47,129 nucleotides of DNA from Promethearchaeia archaeon (GTDB lineage: Archaea > Asgardarchaeota > Lokiarchaeia > Sigyniarchaeales > SOKP01), in contig JAHQWJ010000034.1 of NCBI GenBank assembly GCA_029856125.1, positions 1 to 47,129 of the forward strand, written 5' to 3'. Positions 37,243 through 46,870 of this stretch are shown piece by piece. The notes beneath the pieces were generated by a model, which was not told where the DNA came from, ran no database searches, and saw only the letters and a program-made list of their open reading frames with translations. Numbering within the stretch: the first letter of the stretch is position 1; every line of letters begins with the position of its first letter. The translations under genes were made by a program, and so were the position numbers.

Positions 37243-38295
37243 ATGGATGGATTTCCCCAATTTGACGATGTAGGCAGTTTTCCTTTACCAGACTACATCG
37301 ACTTTGACAAGTTCACGCAGTTTTATTGGGTTGCTTACAAGGGAATTGTAAATAACGCCAATATTTTTGAGAATAGGGGGATTTATAATTTTTTCATCCA
37401 TCCGTTTCTCCAATCGTTTCAGCTAAAATTAAATGCGGGGGTAGAGGTAATCAACTACCCCCAACATATGGATATGTATACCCAATTTTTAAAACCTATC
37501 GAAGATTATGCAATTGAGCCCTCTTTGATTGACCCCAAAAAAGGAATTATTCCTGAACTCTTTATATTAGACTCTTTTGCGAAAGATTATTATGAAAGAA
37601 CTGGAAATGCTCTAAAAATAAAAGTATGTATTACTGGACCCATAGAATTATACATAAAAAAACACGGTTTTACTTTATATCCAGATATTGTGTTCAATTT
37701 TGCAAAGTCTTTAAACAGCATATTGAAAAAATCAATAAAGAACACTAAATATATTCAACATTCAATAATCTCGATTGATGAACCTTCATTTGGGTATGTT
37801 GACATGTTTAATATTGAAGAAGATGACTTGATTAAAGCATTTGATAAAACTGTGGAAGGCATAGACGACCTTATCCAAATCCACCTTCACACTTTAAATA
37901 AATTCACAATTCCTATTCAAACAAAAAGTATTGACGTAATCACATGTGAATATGCCTCTGATCATTCTAATATCATTCCAAAAAATGAATTAGAAAAGTA
38001 TGATAAATTCATACGTGTTGGTATCACGAGAACGAATATCAACAGCATAATGGCAGAGAAATTGGATGCGGGGGCCTCACTTGATGAATTTAAAACGTTT
38101 GAAGGCACTATGAGCTTAATTGATTCAGAAAAATTCATCAAAAAAAATCTGCTTTTTGCTCTTAAACATTATGACGATAGAGTTAAATTTGTAGGCCCCG
38201 ATTGTGGACTCAAAGGATGGAACCCACCTCAAGTTGCTTACGAATTACTAAGAAGAACTTATAAAGTCATTAAGGATGTTAGAAACGTGATATAG
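37243..38295 (+). CDS. Core (single-barrel) cobalamin-independent-fold methionine synthase, MetE C-terminal-like
   Basis: DDVGSFPLP, KVCITGP, IDEPS, IHLH, EY, VGPDCGL. Confidence 0.8.
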   Translation: MDGFPQFDDVGSFPLPDYIDFDKFTQFYWVAYKGIVNNANIFENRGIYNFFIHPFLQSFQLKLNAGVEVINYPQHMDMYTQFLKPIEDYAIEPSLIDPKKGIIPELFILDSFAKDYYERTGNALKIKVCITGPIELYIKKHGFTLYPDIVFNFAKSLNSILKKSIKNTKYIQHSIISIDEPSFGYVDMFNIEEDDLIKAFDKTVEGIDDLIQIHLHTLNKFTIPIQTKSIDVITCEYASDHSNIIPKNELEKYDKFIRVGITRTNINSIMAEKLDAGASLDEFKTFEGTMSLIDSEKFIKKNLLFALKHYDDRVKFVGPDCGLKGWNPPQVAYELLRRTYKVIKDVRNVI

Positions 38296-38490
38296 ATTGA
38301 TTAAAACTATTTATTTGCGATTTCTGTGTTGTAAATTATAGATAATCTAATTAATGATGTAAAATTCAGTTATACTTAATTTCTTGAGTATCCCTCTTAT
38401 TATATTTATAACTTTTTTGGAAAAAAAAAATAGAAATTAATATACTTCTAATCAAAATATAAAACAAAAACCAATACAATATAATAAAAA

Positions 38491-39084
38491 ATGATAATAG
38501 ATCATTTGAACCAAACTATTCAATTAAAAATATGTTATTTTGGGCCCGCGTTAAGTGGGAAGACGACGACTCTTAAATCCTTATTCAAACACTTTGGAAA
38601 AGAGGATAGCGTATTAAGTATTGAAAGTAGTATAAGAAGAACTCTATTCTTTGACTATGGTACAATTTCATTCGAAAATAAGCAATGGCGGCTTAAAATT
38701 CATATCTATTCAACAACTGGTCAAGATTTCTACATAATCACCCGACCTGTAACGCTACAAGGGATAGATGGAATCGTTTTCGTTGCTGACTCTCAGCAAT
38801 CCGCTTATTATCGAAATTTAACATCGTGGAATGAATTGTACAACTACTTCGAAGAATATTTCATTAAACTACCAAAAATTTTAGCTTTTAATAAACAGGA
38901 TTTGCACGAAAAGTTTAATTCAACCGATTTCTTAGAAAATATCAATTCTTTCAAACTTAAGAACTTTAAAACGAAGAAGACAGTAGCTCTTCATGGATAT
39001 GGCGTTGTAGAAACTTTTGAAGAGCTTATCGAACTTATGTTGAAAAAAATATACAAATCCCAAATTGTATCAATTTTCGATTAA
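38491..39084 (+). CDS. MglA-family small GTPase
   Basis: KICYFGPALSGKTT, RTLFFDY, TTGQ.FY, GIDGIVFVADSQ, NKQD. Confidence 0.88.
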   Translation: MIIDHLNQTIQLKICYFGPALSGKTTTLKSLFKHFGKEDSVLSIESSIRRTLFFDYGTISFENKQWRLKIHIYSTTGQDFYIITRPVTLQGIDGIVFVADSQQSAYYRNLTSWNELYNYFEEYFIKLPKILAFNKQDLHEKFNSTDFLENINSFKLKNFKTKKTVALHGYGVVETFEELIELMLKKIYKSQIVSIFD

Positions 39085-39237
39085 GTGGCTTATCAGTCTT
39101 AAAATAAATCCGATTTATTAATCTAAGGGTTACTTATTTCAAAATCTTATTTCTGATTTTTAAATTATTATTGAATAAATAAAATGATTGAAACTCAATT
39201 TTTAAGTCTACACTGCTTATTTTTAAAAAACAATAAG

Positions 39238-39245
39238 TTTTTATA
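39238..39245 (+). promoter_or_regulatory. Putative TATA box of the hsp20-cdc48 operon
   Basis: TTTTTATA about 28 nt upstream of the inverted repeat. Confidence 0.45.
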
Positions 39246-39272
39246 GCCTTTTTGACATATTACAATTGAGTG

Positions 39273-39293
39273 TTGTCAACCGATTGTTGACAA
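39273..39293. promoter_or_regulatory. Putative heat-shock repressor operator TTGTCAAC-N5-GTTGACAA
   Basis: Perfect 8-bp inverted repeat with a 5-nt spacer between the TATA candidate and the hsp20 start. Confidence 0.7.
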
Positions 39294-39322
39294 AACCATA
39301 AAAATCAAAAAAGGTGATATTT

Positions 39323-39946
39323 GTGTCAGATGAGTATGATGATGAGTATACGGATTTTTTAGAGCGTATCAAGAAATATTTTAATTTAGACCAAGGAGCT
39401 TTTGATGTGGATTTCTTATTTTTACCTGAACCGAATTTTGATCCAAAGACAAATCGTAATGATGATAAGTTTCAAGGCTTTAAAGTCACTTATCATTTCG
39501 AATCTGGAATGGATAAACCAGAAATAAAAGTTGAAGGTAATATTGACAAAAAAAAGCTTCAGGAATATTTAAAGACATTTGATCTATCTAAACATCCACA
39601 AATTAAACGGTTAAATCCTTCAAGTAATAGGCAAGCTATTGATGTAGGTACGCTTTCTTTACAACCTAATTCCAAAAAAGAAGATTCATTAACAAAAGAT
39701 TCTTATTTTGAGATAAATTTTCATGAAGATTCTGCTGAAATTATTATCGAAGCACCAGGAATTGAAAAAGGGCATATTTTACTAAGTTTAAGCGAGGATG
39801 GGAGAACTCTTAGAGTATCAATTGAAATCAATTTCATTAATATTAAAAGAGAGATATTATTACCTTTTGAGTCTACAATGGACGACCACATTTTAGAAGT
39901 TAATAACGGAATAGTAACGGTTATAATGCAAAAGAAGAAAGTTTGA
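39323..39946 (+). CDS. Hsp20/alpha-crystallin-like protein with long N-terminal domain
   Basis: C-terminal [13 protein letters not shown]...NNGIVTV; AGGTGA SD favours GTG 39323; upstream of cdc48. Confidence 0.75.
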   Translation: MSDEYDDEYTDFLERIKKYFNLDQGAFDVDFLFLPEPNFDPKTNRNDDKFQGFKVTYHFESGMDKPEIKVEGNIDKKKLQEYLKTFDLSKHPQIKRLNPSSNRQAIDVGTLSLQPNSKKEDSLTKDSYFEINFHEDSAEIIIEAPGIEKGHILLSLSEDGRTLRVSIEINFINIKREILLPFESTMDDHILEVNNGIVTVIMQKKKV

Positions 39947-39959
39947 GTGTGATTACAAA

Positions 39960-42278
39960 ATGAGTGAAATTTCAAGTGGTATAGAAGGAAAAGATAATAA
40001 ACTTAGAGTAAAAGACGCTTTCAAGGACGATTCTGGACAAGGCAGAATTAGGATTGACGCTGAAGTCGTAAAAAAGTTGAAACTAAAAAATGGTGATGCA
40101 ATAGAGATATCTAACCCCATTTCAAAATCAACAACTGCAGCATTATTATTTCCAAGTAAACCTGAAGATAACGGAACTGGTATTATTAGACTTGATCCTT
40201 TTTTAAGAAGAAACATCGACGCTACGATTGATGATTATGTAGAAGTTCGTAAAATTAAAGCTGCTCTAGCAGAAAAGGTCGTCTTTGCCAGCTTATCAGA
40301 ATCAGTTATAATCAGTCCTCGACAATTAAATAAACTATTAGAAAACAGAGTTGTTACTAAAAACGACATCTTGAGTTTTTATGCAAATTATAACAAGAAA
40401 TACGATATGATCGTAGTTGATTTCCAACCAAGAACGGATGCAGTGAGAATCCATCTAAAAACAGAAATTAGGTTAAGTGAAAAAACACATAAAGAATTAA
40501 TAGAGAGAGAAAAAGCTAGAGTAAGTTATGAGGATATTGGTGGATTAGCAAATGAAATTCAGAGAATTCGTGAGATGATCGAATTACCAATAAAACATCC
40601 AGAATTATTCAAAAGAATAGGAATCGACCCCCCTAAAGGTGTTTTATTACACGGTCCTCCTGGAACAGGGAAAACTCTATTAGCCAGAGCAGTTGCATTT
40701 GAAACTGAAGCCCATTTTATAACAATTAGCGGTCCTGAAATCATGAGTAAATTTTATGGACAAAGCGAACAAAATTTAAGAGACATCTTCGATGACGCTA
40801 AAAAAAACGCGCCTTCAATCATTTTTATTGACGAATTAGATTCTATTGCACCAAAAAGAGGTGAAGTAACTGGAGAGGTAGAAAGAAGAGTTGTAGCTCA
40901 GTTATTATCTTTACTCGATGGATTAGAAGGGAGAGGGGAAATTATCGTCATAGGCGCTACGAACCGGGTTAATGATATAGATATTGCGTTGAGAAGACCC
41001 GGTAGATTTGATAAAGAAATCGAAATAGGGGTACCAGATACTGATGGACGTTACGAAATCTTGCAAATTCATACTCGAGGTATGCCATTATCTAAAGATG
41101 TTGATTTAAGAACATTAGCAGAGAGGACCCATGGTTTTGTTGGTGCTGATGTTGAAGCTTTAGCTAAAGAAGCAGCACTGTTAGCTATAAGAGAGATACT
41201 TCCAAATATCGATTTAGATAAACCGATTCCCTTTGAAGTTTTAAATTCTATAAAAATTATAATGGAAAACTTTACTTCTGCATTACATAATATAGAACCT
41301 TCAGCATTAAGAGAAGTAGTAATTTCTCAACCTAAAGAAACATGGGAAGATGTAGGTGGCTTGGAAGACGCTAAATTACAATTAAGAGAAATAATCGAGT
41401 GGCCTTTAAAGTATCCTGAACTATACACGCATTTAAATTCAAAACCACCAAGTGGAATTTTACTATATGGACCCCCTGGAACGGGTAAGACATTATTAGC
41501 TAAAGCACTAGCCCATGAAAGCGAAGTTAACTTTATCTCAGTGAAGGGACCCGAATTTCTTTCCAAATGGGTTGGGGAGAGCGAAAAAGCTGTAAGAGAA
41601 ACCTTTAGGAAAGCAAGAGCTGCGTCTCCTTGTATCATATTTTTTGATGAAATTGACGCAATAGCTGGAAAGAGGGGTAGATCTGGAAGCTCCGAGGTTA
41701 CTGATCAAGTGATTTCTCAATTATTAACCGAAATGGATGGTTTAGAGGATTTAAAAGGAGTTATTTTACTTGCAGCTACTAACAGACCCGATATGCTAGA
41801 CCCTGCTCTACTTCGATCCGGTAGGTTTGGTAGGCACGTCGAGATTAGCATTCCAGATTTCGAAACGCGAAAGGAAATATTCAAGATTCACCTCAAGAAT
41901 AAACCCTTGGCAGAGGATGTGAATTTTGATAAACTCGCTGAAGCTTTAGAAGATTATACGGGGGCTGATATCCAAGCAATTGCTGAGGAAGCTACTTTAT
42001 TAACAATTCGAAAGGCAATTCCCACCTTTAATAAGAAGAAAGTAGAGTTACAAGAGCTCAAGGATCATCTGGAACAATTGCAATCAGAAAAAGGCAATGA
42101 GACTGCTATTCAGGAGGTAGAAAATAGAATCGATAAAGCTCAATCAGAAATAGTAGCTAAAATCGAAATTAAACATGAAGAATTCAATGAAGCGATCGAT
42201 AAAATTATAAGAGGAGCTGATAGGGCGAAAAAAGTCCACGATCAATATTCAAAAGAGTCAGACGATATGTATAGATAA
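39960..42278 (+). CDS. cdc48: CDC48/VCP (VAT) AAA+ ATPase
   Basis: N-domain, YEDIGGL, two GPPGTGKT Walker A motifs, two Walker B motifs (FIDE, FFDE), RPGRFD/RSGRF, C-terminal MYR. Confidence 0.96.
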   Translation: MSEISSGIEGKDNKLRVKDAFKDDSGQGRIRIDAEVVKKLKLKNGDAIEISNPISKSTTAALLFPSKPEDNGTGIIRLDPFLRRNIDATIDDYVEVRKIKAALAEKVVFASLSESVIISPRQLNKLLENRVVTKNDILSFYANYNKKYDMIVVDFQPRTDAVRIHLKTEIRLSEKTHKELIEREKARVSYEDIGGLANEIQRIREMIELPIKHPELFKRIGIDPPKGVLLHGPPGTGKTLLARAVAFETEAHFITISGPEIMSKFYGQSEQNLRDIFDDAKKNAPSIIFIDELDSIAPKRGEVTGEVERRVVAQLLSLLDGLEGRGEIIVIGATNRVNDIDIALRRPGRFDKEIEIGVPDTDGRYEILQIHTRGMPLSKDVDLRTLAERTHGFVGADVEALAKEAALLAIREILPNIDLDKPIPFEVLNSIKIIMENFTSALHNIEPSALREVVISQPKETWEDVGGLEDAKLQLREIIEWPLKYPELYTHLNSKPPSGILLYGPPGTGKTLLAKALAHESEVNFISVKGPEFLSKWVGESEKAVRETFRKARAASPCIIFFDEIDAIAGKRGRSGSSEVTDQVISQLLTEMDGLEDLKGVILLAATNRPDMLDPALLRSGRFGRHVEISIPDFETRKEIFKIHLKNKPLAEDVNFDKLAEALEDYTGADIQAIAEEATLLTIRKAIPTFNKKKVELQELKDHLEQLQSEKGNETAIQEVENRIDKAQSEIVAKIEIKHEEFNEAIDKIIRGADRAKKVHDQYSKESDDMYR

Positions 42279-42311
42279 TATAAGGTAATAAACGAGAATG
42301 AAGTGATGTAG

Positions 42312-43097
42312 ATGGAAATAGAAAAAAATGATCAAAACAAACAATTCATAAGTTTAGATAATCTATTAGAAATTTTAGGTAATCCGACTAGACGGATTAT
42401 ATTGTCTAAATTAGCAAAAGTTCCACACTCCACTTCGGAATTATCTAAAATTTTAGGCATTTCGAGACAAGCAGTACACAGTCAGTTAGAGATTTTAAGC
42501 TCTAATGAGGTTCTTGAGAGAATAGGGGATGAAAAGCGCGGAGGGAAATACAGAATAAAAAGCAATCTTTCTATAAGGATTGATATAACACCAGATTATT
42601 ATAAAATCAAATATACCATGTCTCAAATCGACAACGAAGCAAAATCTATTAATCTTAAAGACATTGGATGTTCTACCAAATTTGAAAGCATTAAATCTCC
42701 TGATGACAAAATAAGATATTTAGGGCAACAGATTAGAGATAGTGAGAAAAATCTTAAGATCTTAGAAGGAGAAAGAAGTAAATTACTACAAAATAAAGAG
42801 TGCTTTATCATCGAACTTAAAAATATCATTAATCAAACATACCAAAAACATTTCCTAAAATCAAAATCGGAAGTCGAAAATCTAGAACGGGAAATTTTCT
42901 ACACTTTATTTTATAATCCAGCACAATTTCGCAAAAGAATTAGCATTGACAAACTTATAGATAATTTATTTTTCTCTAATTTAGATAATTTTACGAGAGA
43001 ATCTAAAGTAACAAATGTTAAAACCCTACTGAAAGATATGTCCTCCTTTATGGATTTTCTTTGGGAGGATGATGATGATTGGTTCTTTGATTTTTAA
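42312..43097 (+). CDS. ArsR-like wHTH regulator of the Phr/HSR1 heat-shock family
   Basis: LEILGNPTRRIIL..L...P.STSELS..LGISRQAV..L, central coiled coil, synteny with hsp20 and cdc48. Confidence 0.8.
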   Translation: MEIEKNDQNKQFISLDNLLEILGNPTRRIILSKLAKVPHSTSELSKILGISRQAVHSQLEILSSNEVLERIGDEKRGGKYRIKSNLSIRIDITPDYYKIKYTMSQIDNEAKSINLKDIGCSTKFESIKSPDDKIRYLGQQIRDSEKNLKILEGERSKLLQNKECFIIELKNIINQTYQKHFLKSKSEVENLEREIFYTLFYNPAQFRKRISIDKLIDNLFFSNLDNFTRESKVTNVKTLLKDMSSFMDFLWEDDDDWFFDF

Positions 43098-43163
43098 AAC
43101 CGGATTAGTAACGCTATTTGTTTTTATTTAAAAATAAAAAAAAGTATTATTTCGAGGTGCTAA

Positions 43164-43664
43164 ATGAACCTACAAGAATTAAAACAACAGATGCCCGAAA
43201 TTTTCGAACATGTTAAAAAAGATGTGAAAAAGATAATGGGTCGTCACCGGGCGGGTTTGAGCTTAGGATTAGCCGAAATGGGTATGTTTCGAGGTGGTTT
43301 CATAGGCGGAATGCATTTTCATCCTGGTACGGAAATTGTTATAAACACATCTCCGTTAAAAATCATATTGGAATCACAACCGTATGAAATAATTTGGGCA
43401 TATACTTATCACATTTTATTACACGAATACATTCATTCGTTAGGAGTTATTGATGAGCAAAAGTGCAGAACGATTGCCCTCAATATTAGTGAAGAAATCT
43501 TCAAGGACACTAACCATCCAGCATTGATTCTCGCAAGAAATGGAATCGGTGTATTTATACCAGATTTGAAAATAATTTTTGTACCTCCTGAACGAAGACC
43601 GGATGGCATGCCAATAGAATTTGTAAGTGGTTTCGATAGAGAGAGTCAGTCCTATTTTTCTTAA
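43164..43664 (+). CDS. Putative zincin metallopeptidase (HExxH)
   Basis: ILLHEYIHSLG..DE; GAGGTG SD. Confidence 0.7.
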   Translation: MNLQELKQQMPEIFEHVKKDVKKIMGRHRAGLSLGLAEMGMFRGGFIGGMHFHPGTEIVINTSPLKIILESQPYEIIWAYTYHILLHEYIHSLGVIDEQKCRTIALNISEEIFKDTNHPALILARNGIGVFIPDLKIIFVPPERRPDGMPIEFVSGFDRESQSYFS

Positions 43665-43759
43665 CTTTTATTGCTATTTTTGTTTAAGAGTTAAAATTAT
43701 TTAATCAGCGTAATTTATTTTAATTAGAAATTTATATTAAAGTTCTCGGGAGAATCAAA

Positions 43760-44833
43760 ATTACTGAATCTTCAGATCAAGATGTTTCAGATCAAGAAAA
43801 AGAGGAAGAGATAGAAAAAACTCTAGATATAGCTGGAGATCAGTTAGTTTTAAATTGGCAATATAAGGAAGTTAAGAAGAAACTAACTTACGATATTAAA
43901 AAATGTATCGGGTGCAGTTTATGTAAACTTGTTTGCCCGGTTGACGCTATAGAACTTGGTCCAATCCCAGAAATTGCTCAAAATATATTGGACGATTCAA
44001 ACCCTAAACTCTTTATTGATCACGATAAATGTTGTTATTGTATGCTTTGTGTCGTTGTTTGCCCCACCGATGCGTTCCACGAAAACATTGAGCCAGAAGG
44101 ACAAATTGTTATGGATGAGTTTCCTACTATAGAGAAATTCTATGAAATTGATTATGATAAATGTACTGAAGATAAGAAAAATGAAATTTGCCGATTATGC
44201 TTAACAGTAAGAGATAGGAATCACATCCAAGAATATTTTAAAATTTCAAAAGAATGCCCCGCTGATTGTTTTTCTATCACTACTCCAATCGAAGGAGAAG
44301 TTATTATTAAGAAAAACATGTTACATAAATGCGATCCGCAAGGTTGTAAAGCTTGCGTTAATATCTGCCCCGTTGAATCTTTTTACATCCCTGAGAAAGC
44401 TGAAGACGTCCTAAAATATGGAAAGATTGCGTGCAACGAAAAAGAATGTTTTTATTGTGGAGCGTGTGAAAACTCTTGTCCTGACGATTTAATTGTCGTA
44501 AAAAGGAAAAAGATTCAAATTAAAGATCCGAAAAAAAGCGAACCTTATCCTTGGATAGAAGGTTGGGTTAAGAATATTGAAGAAGTATTAAGAAAAGCTC
44601 TTATTGAAGGAAAGGAGCAAATAGAAATTCCATCTATAGAAGATCATGTAAAAAAGATCAGTAAGTCAAAAATTGAAGAAGTTCCTCAACTATCTGAAGA
44701 GGATAAAATAAAATTAAACGAGCTTAATGATAAAATTCAATCTCTACTTCAATCCTCCAAAATAAGATATTGGATTAAGGATAAAAAAGTAGATAACATT
44801 CTCAAAGAATTAAAAAAAAAAATCCAAAAATAA
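43760..44833 (+). CDS. FwdF-like polyferredoxin; start is non-canonical (ATT 43760 or ATA 43811)
   Basis: Frame open from 43724; upstream of the track's TTG it encodes KKLTYDIKKCIGCSLCKLVCPVDAIELGPIPEIA; multiple further CxxCxxCxxxCP motifs. Confidence 0.82.
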   Translation: MTESSDQDVSDQEKEEEIEKTLDIAGDQLVLNWQYKEVKKKLTYDIKKCIGCSLCKLVCPVDAIELGPIPEIAQNILDDSNPKLFIDHDKCCYCMLCVVVCPTDAFHENIEPEGQIVMDEFPTIEKFYEIDYDKCTEDKKNEICRLCLTVRDRNHIQEYFKISKECPADCFSITTPIEGEVIIKKNMLHKCDPQGCKACVNICPVESFYIPEKAEDVLKYGKIACNEKECFYCGACENSCPDDLIVVKRKKIQIKDPKKSEPYPWIEGWVKNIEEVLRKALIEGKEQIEIPSIEDHVKKISKSKIEEVPQLSEEDKIKLNELNDKIQSLLQSSKIRYWIKDKKVDNILKELKKKIQK

Positions 44834-44848
44834 TTAATGTGCTTAATC

Positions 44849-45124
44849 ATGAGTGAAAAAGAGAGAAAAGTGTATAAAATAGTAGGTACCATAAAAGACG
44901 TTAAAGGTCAATGTAACGCAAAGCATAAAAAAGGAGATGTGATCGAATTGAGCGGTCACGATTCTGGAGGATTATGTGGGTTTTTTTATCACGACATTTT
45001 TCCCTCTATTATAACATTACAATTTGGTGGTACCTTTCCTTGGTCACAAGATCCGGATATAGTTGAATTAGAATGTCCGGATCGTTTTAATGTTGTGAAA
45101 ATCGAATTAAAAAGGGTTAGGTAA
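44849..45124 (+). CDS. Small Cys-containing protein (TIGR04076 family-like)
   Basis: VKGQC...HKKGD, GLC...H.IFP, LQFGGTFPW, CPD. Confidence 0.75.
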   Translation: MSEKERKVYKIVGTIKDVKGQCNAKHKKGDVIELSGHDSGGLCGFFYHDIFPSIITLQFGGTFPWSQDPDIVELECPDRFNVVKIELKRVR

Positions 45125-45181
45125 AGATTTAGCGATGTTAAGTTCAGAGACAGTTTTGATAAATACCTGAGTGAAAATGGA

Positions 45182-45517
45182 TTGGAAAACATCGATAATA
45201 ATGAAACAGTTATAATTGAAATACTGGAAACAGTTAAAAAGTTAGTTCTAGAACCAAGAACCGACATTTCTTGGTCAATATTTGATAGTAAAGATGAATT
45301 GATTATTGAAATAGATGCTCACATCCAAAAATTAAAACTCAGAGATTTTTCAAAAGTTAAAGACCTTATCCTTCTTTTTGCACCCACATCAGATTTTCAA
45401 GAAATATCACTGTCAAGTGGATGAAGTAATCATTATTTAAACATTTCTGAGAGATTTGATATTGCTATCCAAGCCTTATGTGAAAAATTTCACTTAAAAC
45501 CGTTTTTTAGCAAATAA
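45182..45517 (+). pseudogene. Hypothetical protein interrupted by in-frame TGA (45422-45424)
   Basis: LFAPTSDFQEISLSSG*SNHYLNISERFD continues 30 codons past TGA to TAA 45515-45517. Confidence 0.6.
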
Positions 45518-45655
45518 ATTCCGTTCTTTTTTGCCCTTCTTATTAAAATTTGAAGGTTTTTTATTGAAATTAAAAATATCCTCGTTTTTATAATTAGAGT
45601 TAGATGTATGGTTAATTCATAAAAGAAAATAGAAATAAATTTCCGGTCAATTAAC

Positions 45656-45943
45656 ATGATACTAAAATTAAAAATAAAATCAAATAACAAAACAAAAAAG
45701 AAGCAAATTTTTGTTTGGATTGAAAAGAATAAAGCGTTTAAAGAAGATGTCCAGCAGTTAATACAGTTCTTTAAAGATCAGATTCAAGTAAAAAAGAGGA
45801 TTGGGCGCCATGTTTATTACAAAATTACTTCAGATAATCCCGCAATAATGTTATCTCTTCTTACAACAGTTCAAGAATTAATTCCAGATATTTATTTCAA
45901 TAGTAATCAATCTGTTGATGTTGAAGAATATACCCAAATTTAA
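45656..45943 (+). CDS. Hypothetical protein
   Basis: 95-aa ATG ORF followed by a T-rich tract. Confidence 0.65.
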   Translation: MILKLKIKSNNKTKKKQIFVWIEKNKAFKEDVQQLIQFFKDQIQVKKRIGRHVYYKITSDNPAIMLSLLTTVQELIPDIYFNSNQSVDVEEYTQI

Positions 45944-46025
45944 CTTTCTTTCTTTTATGAGACATTTAACTATTTTTTTAATGTTATTTTAGCTTAACTA
46001 ATCCAAGTAAGAGAAATCGTAAAAA

Positions 46026-46099
46026 TGGGAGAGGGGGGATTTGAACCCCCGGCCACCTGGTCCCAAACCAGGAATCATACCAAGCTAGACCACCCTCCC
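46026..46099 (-). tRNA. tRNA-Pro (anticodon TGG), intronless, CCA not encoded
   Basis: Acceptor GGGAGGG/CTCTCCC-A, anticodon arm CCTGG-TTTGGGA-CCAGG, T arm GGGGG-TTCAAAT-CCCCC, followed by a T run. Confidence 0.97.
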
Positions 46100-46300
46100 G
46101 TTAAATCTGTAGAGGAAATTGATAATTTATGTTTTCGTAATGATAAATAAGATCATAAAATATCAATAATAAAGATACAAATATTTTTTCGATTTTTAAT
46201 TTTTTTATTTCTTTGTTCCATCTATTAGTAGTTTTTGTTAAATCATATAAAGTAGTTTATATTTAAATTCCTTAGGAAATCTCTTACACTTAGTTTTGAA

Positions 46301-46870
46301 ATGAAGAAAATAATTTACATACAGAGAATTGGAGATGTTGATCCCGGGATATTAATTGTATTAAAAAAAAATTTGAAGAGGTTCTTTAAAAAATATAACA
46401 TCAAAGTTGTTATCCTTCCTGATCAGCTTCCAATATTGGATTCCGAGCATGACTCCGAAGAGAGAAAATACGATGCGATACAAGTTAAAAAAAGGTTAGT
46501 CACTCATGGTAAGAATAAAAATTATTATCGCATTCTGGGGGTTACGAATATTGATATTTTGACCAAAGCTTCTAAGTTTTTATATGGTGTTGCTGATCTG
46601 CCTAAAAATAAGTCTTTTGGGGGGGCATTAATTTCAGTTATTCGCTTAAGAGAAGAATTTTATAGATTGACGGAAAACTCAGCTATATTTGAGCAAAGAG
46701 TCCTCAAAGAAGCAATTCACGAGCTTGGTCACACTTTTGGCTTAAAACATTGCGAAAATCTGTGTGTGATGAGGGCTTCAAACTCTTTAGTAGATACCGA
46801 TAGAAAACCGCCTAAATTTTGTGAAGATTGTGCTTATAGAATTGACATCTTTATAGATAATTCAGAGTAG
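46301..46870 (+). CDS. amzA: Archaemetzincin family zinc metalloprotease
   Basis: KEAIHELGHTFGLKHC...CVM..S....D.K...FC..C. Confidence 0.92.
   Translation: MKKIIYIQRIGDVDPGILIVLKKNLKRFFKKYNIKVVILPDQLPILDSEHDSEERKYDAIQVKKRLVTHGKNKNYYRILGVTNIDILTKASKFLYGVADLPKNKSFGGALISVIRLREEFYRLTENSAIFEQRVLKEAIHELGHTFGLKHCENLCVMRASNSLVDTDRKPPKFCEDCAYRIDIFIDNSE

Noticed and set aside
43771-43797. TTCAGATCAAGA direct repeat (15-nt period)
   Set aside because: Two copies only; a small in-frame duplication (SDQDV/SDQE) in a low-complexity N-terminus
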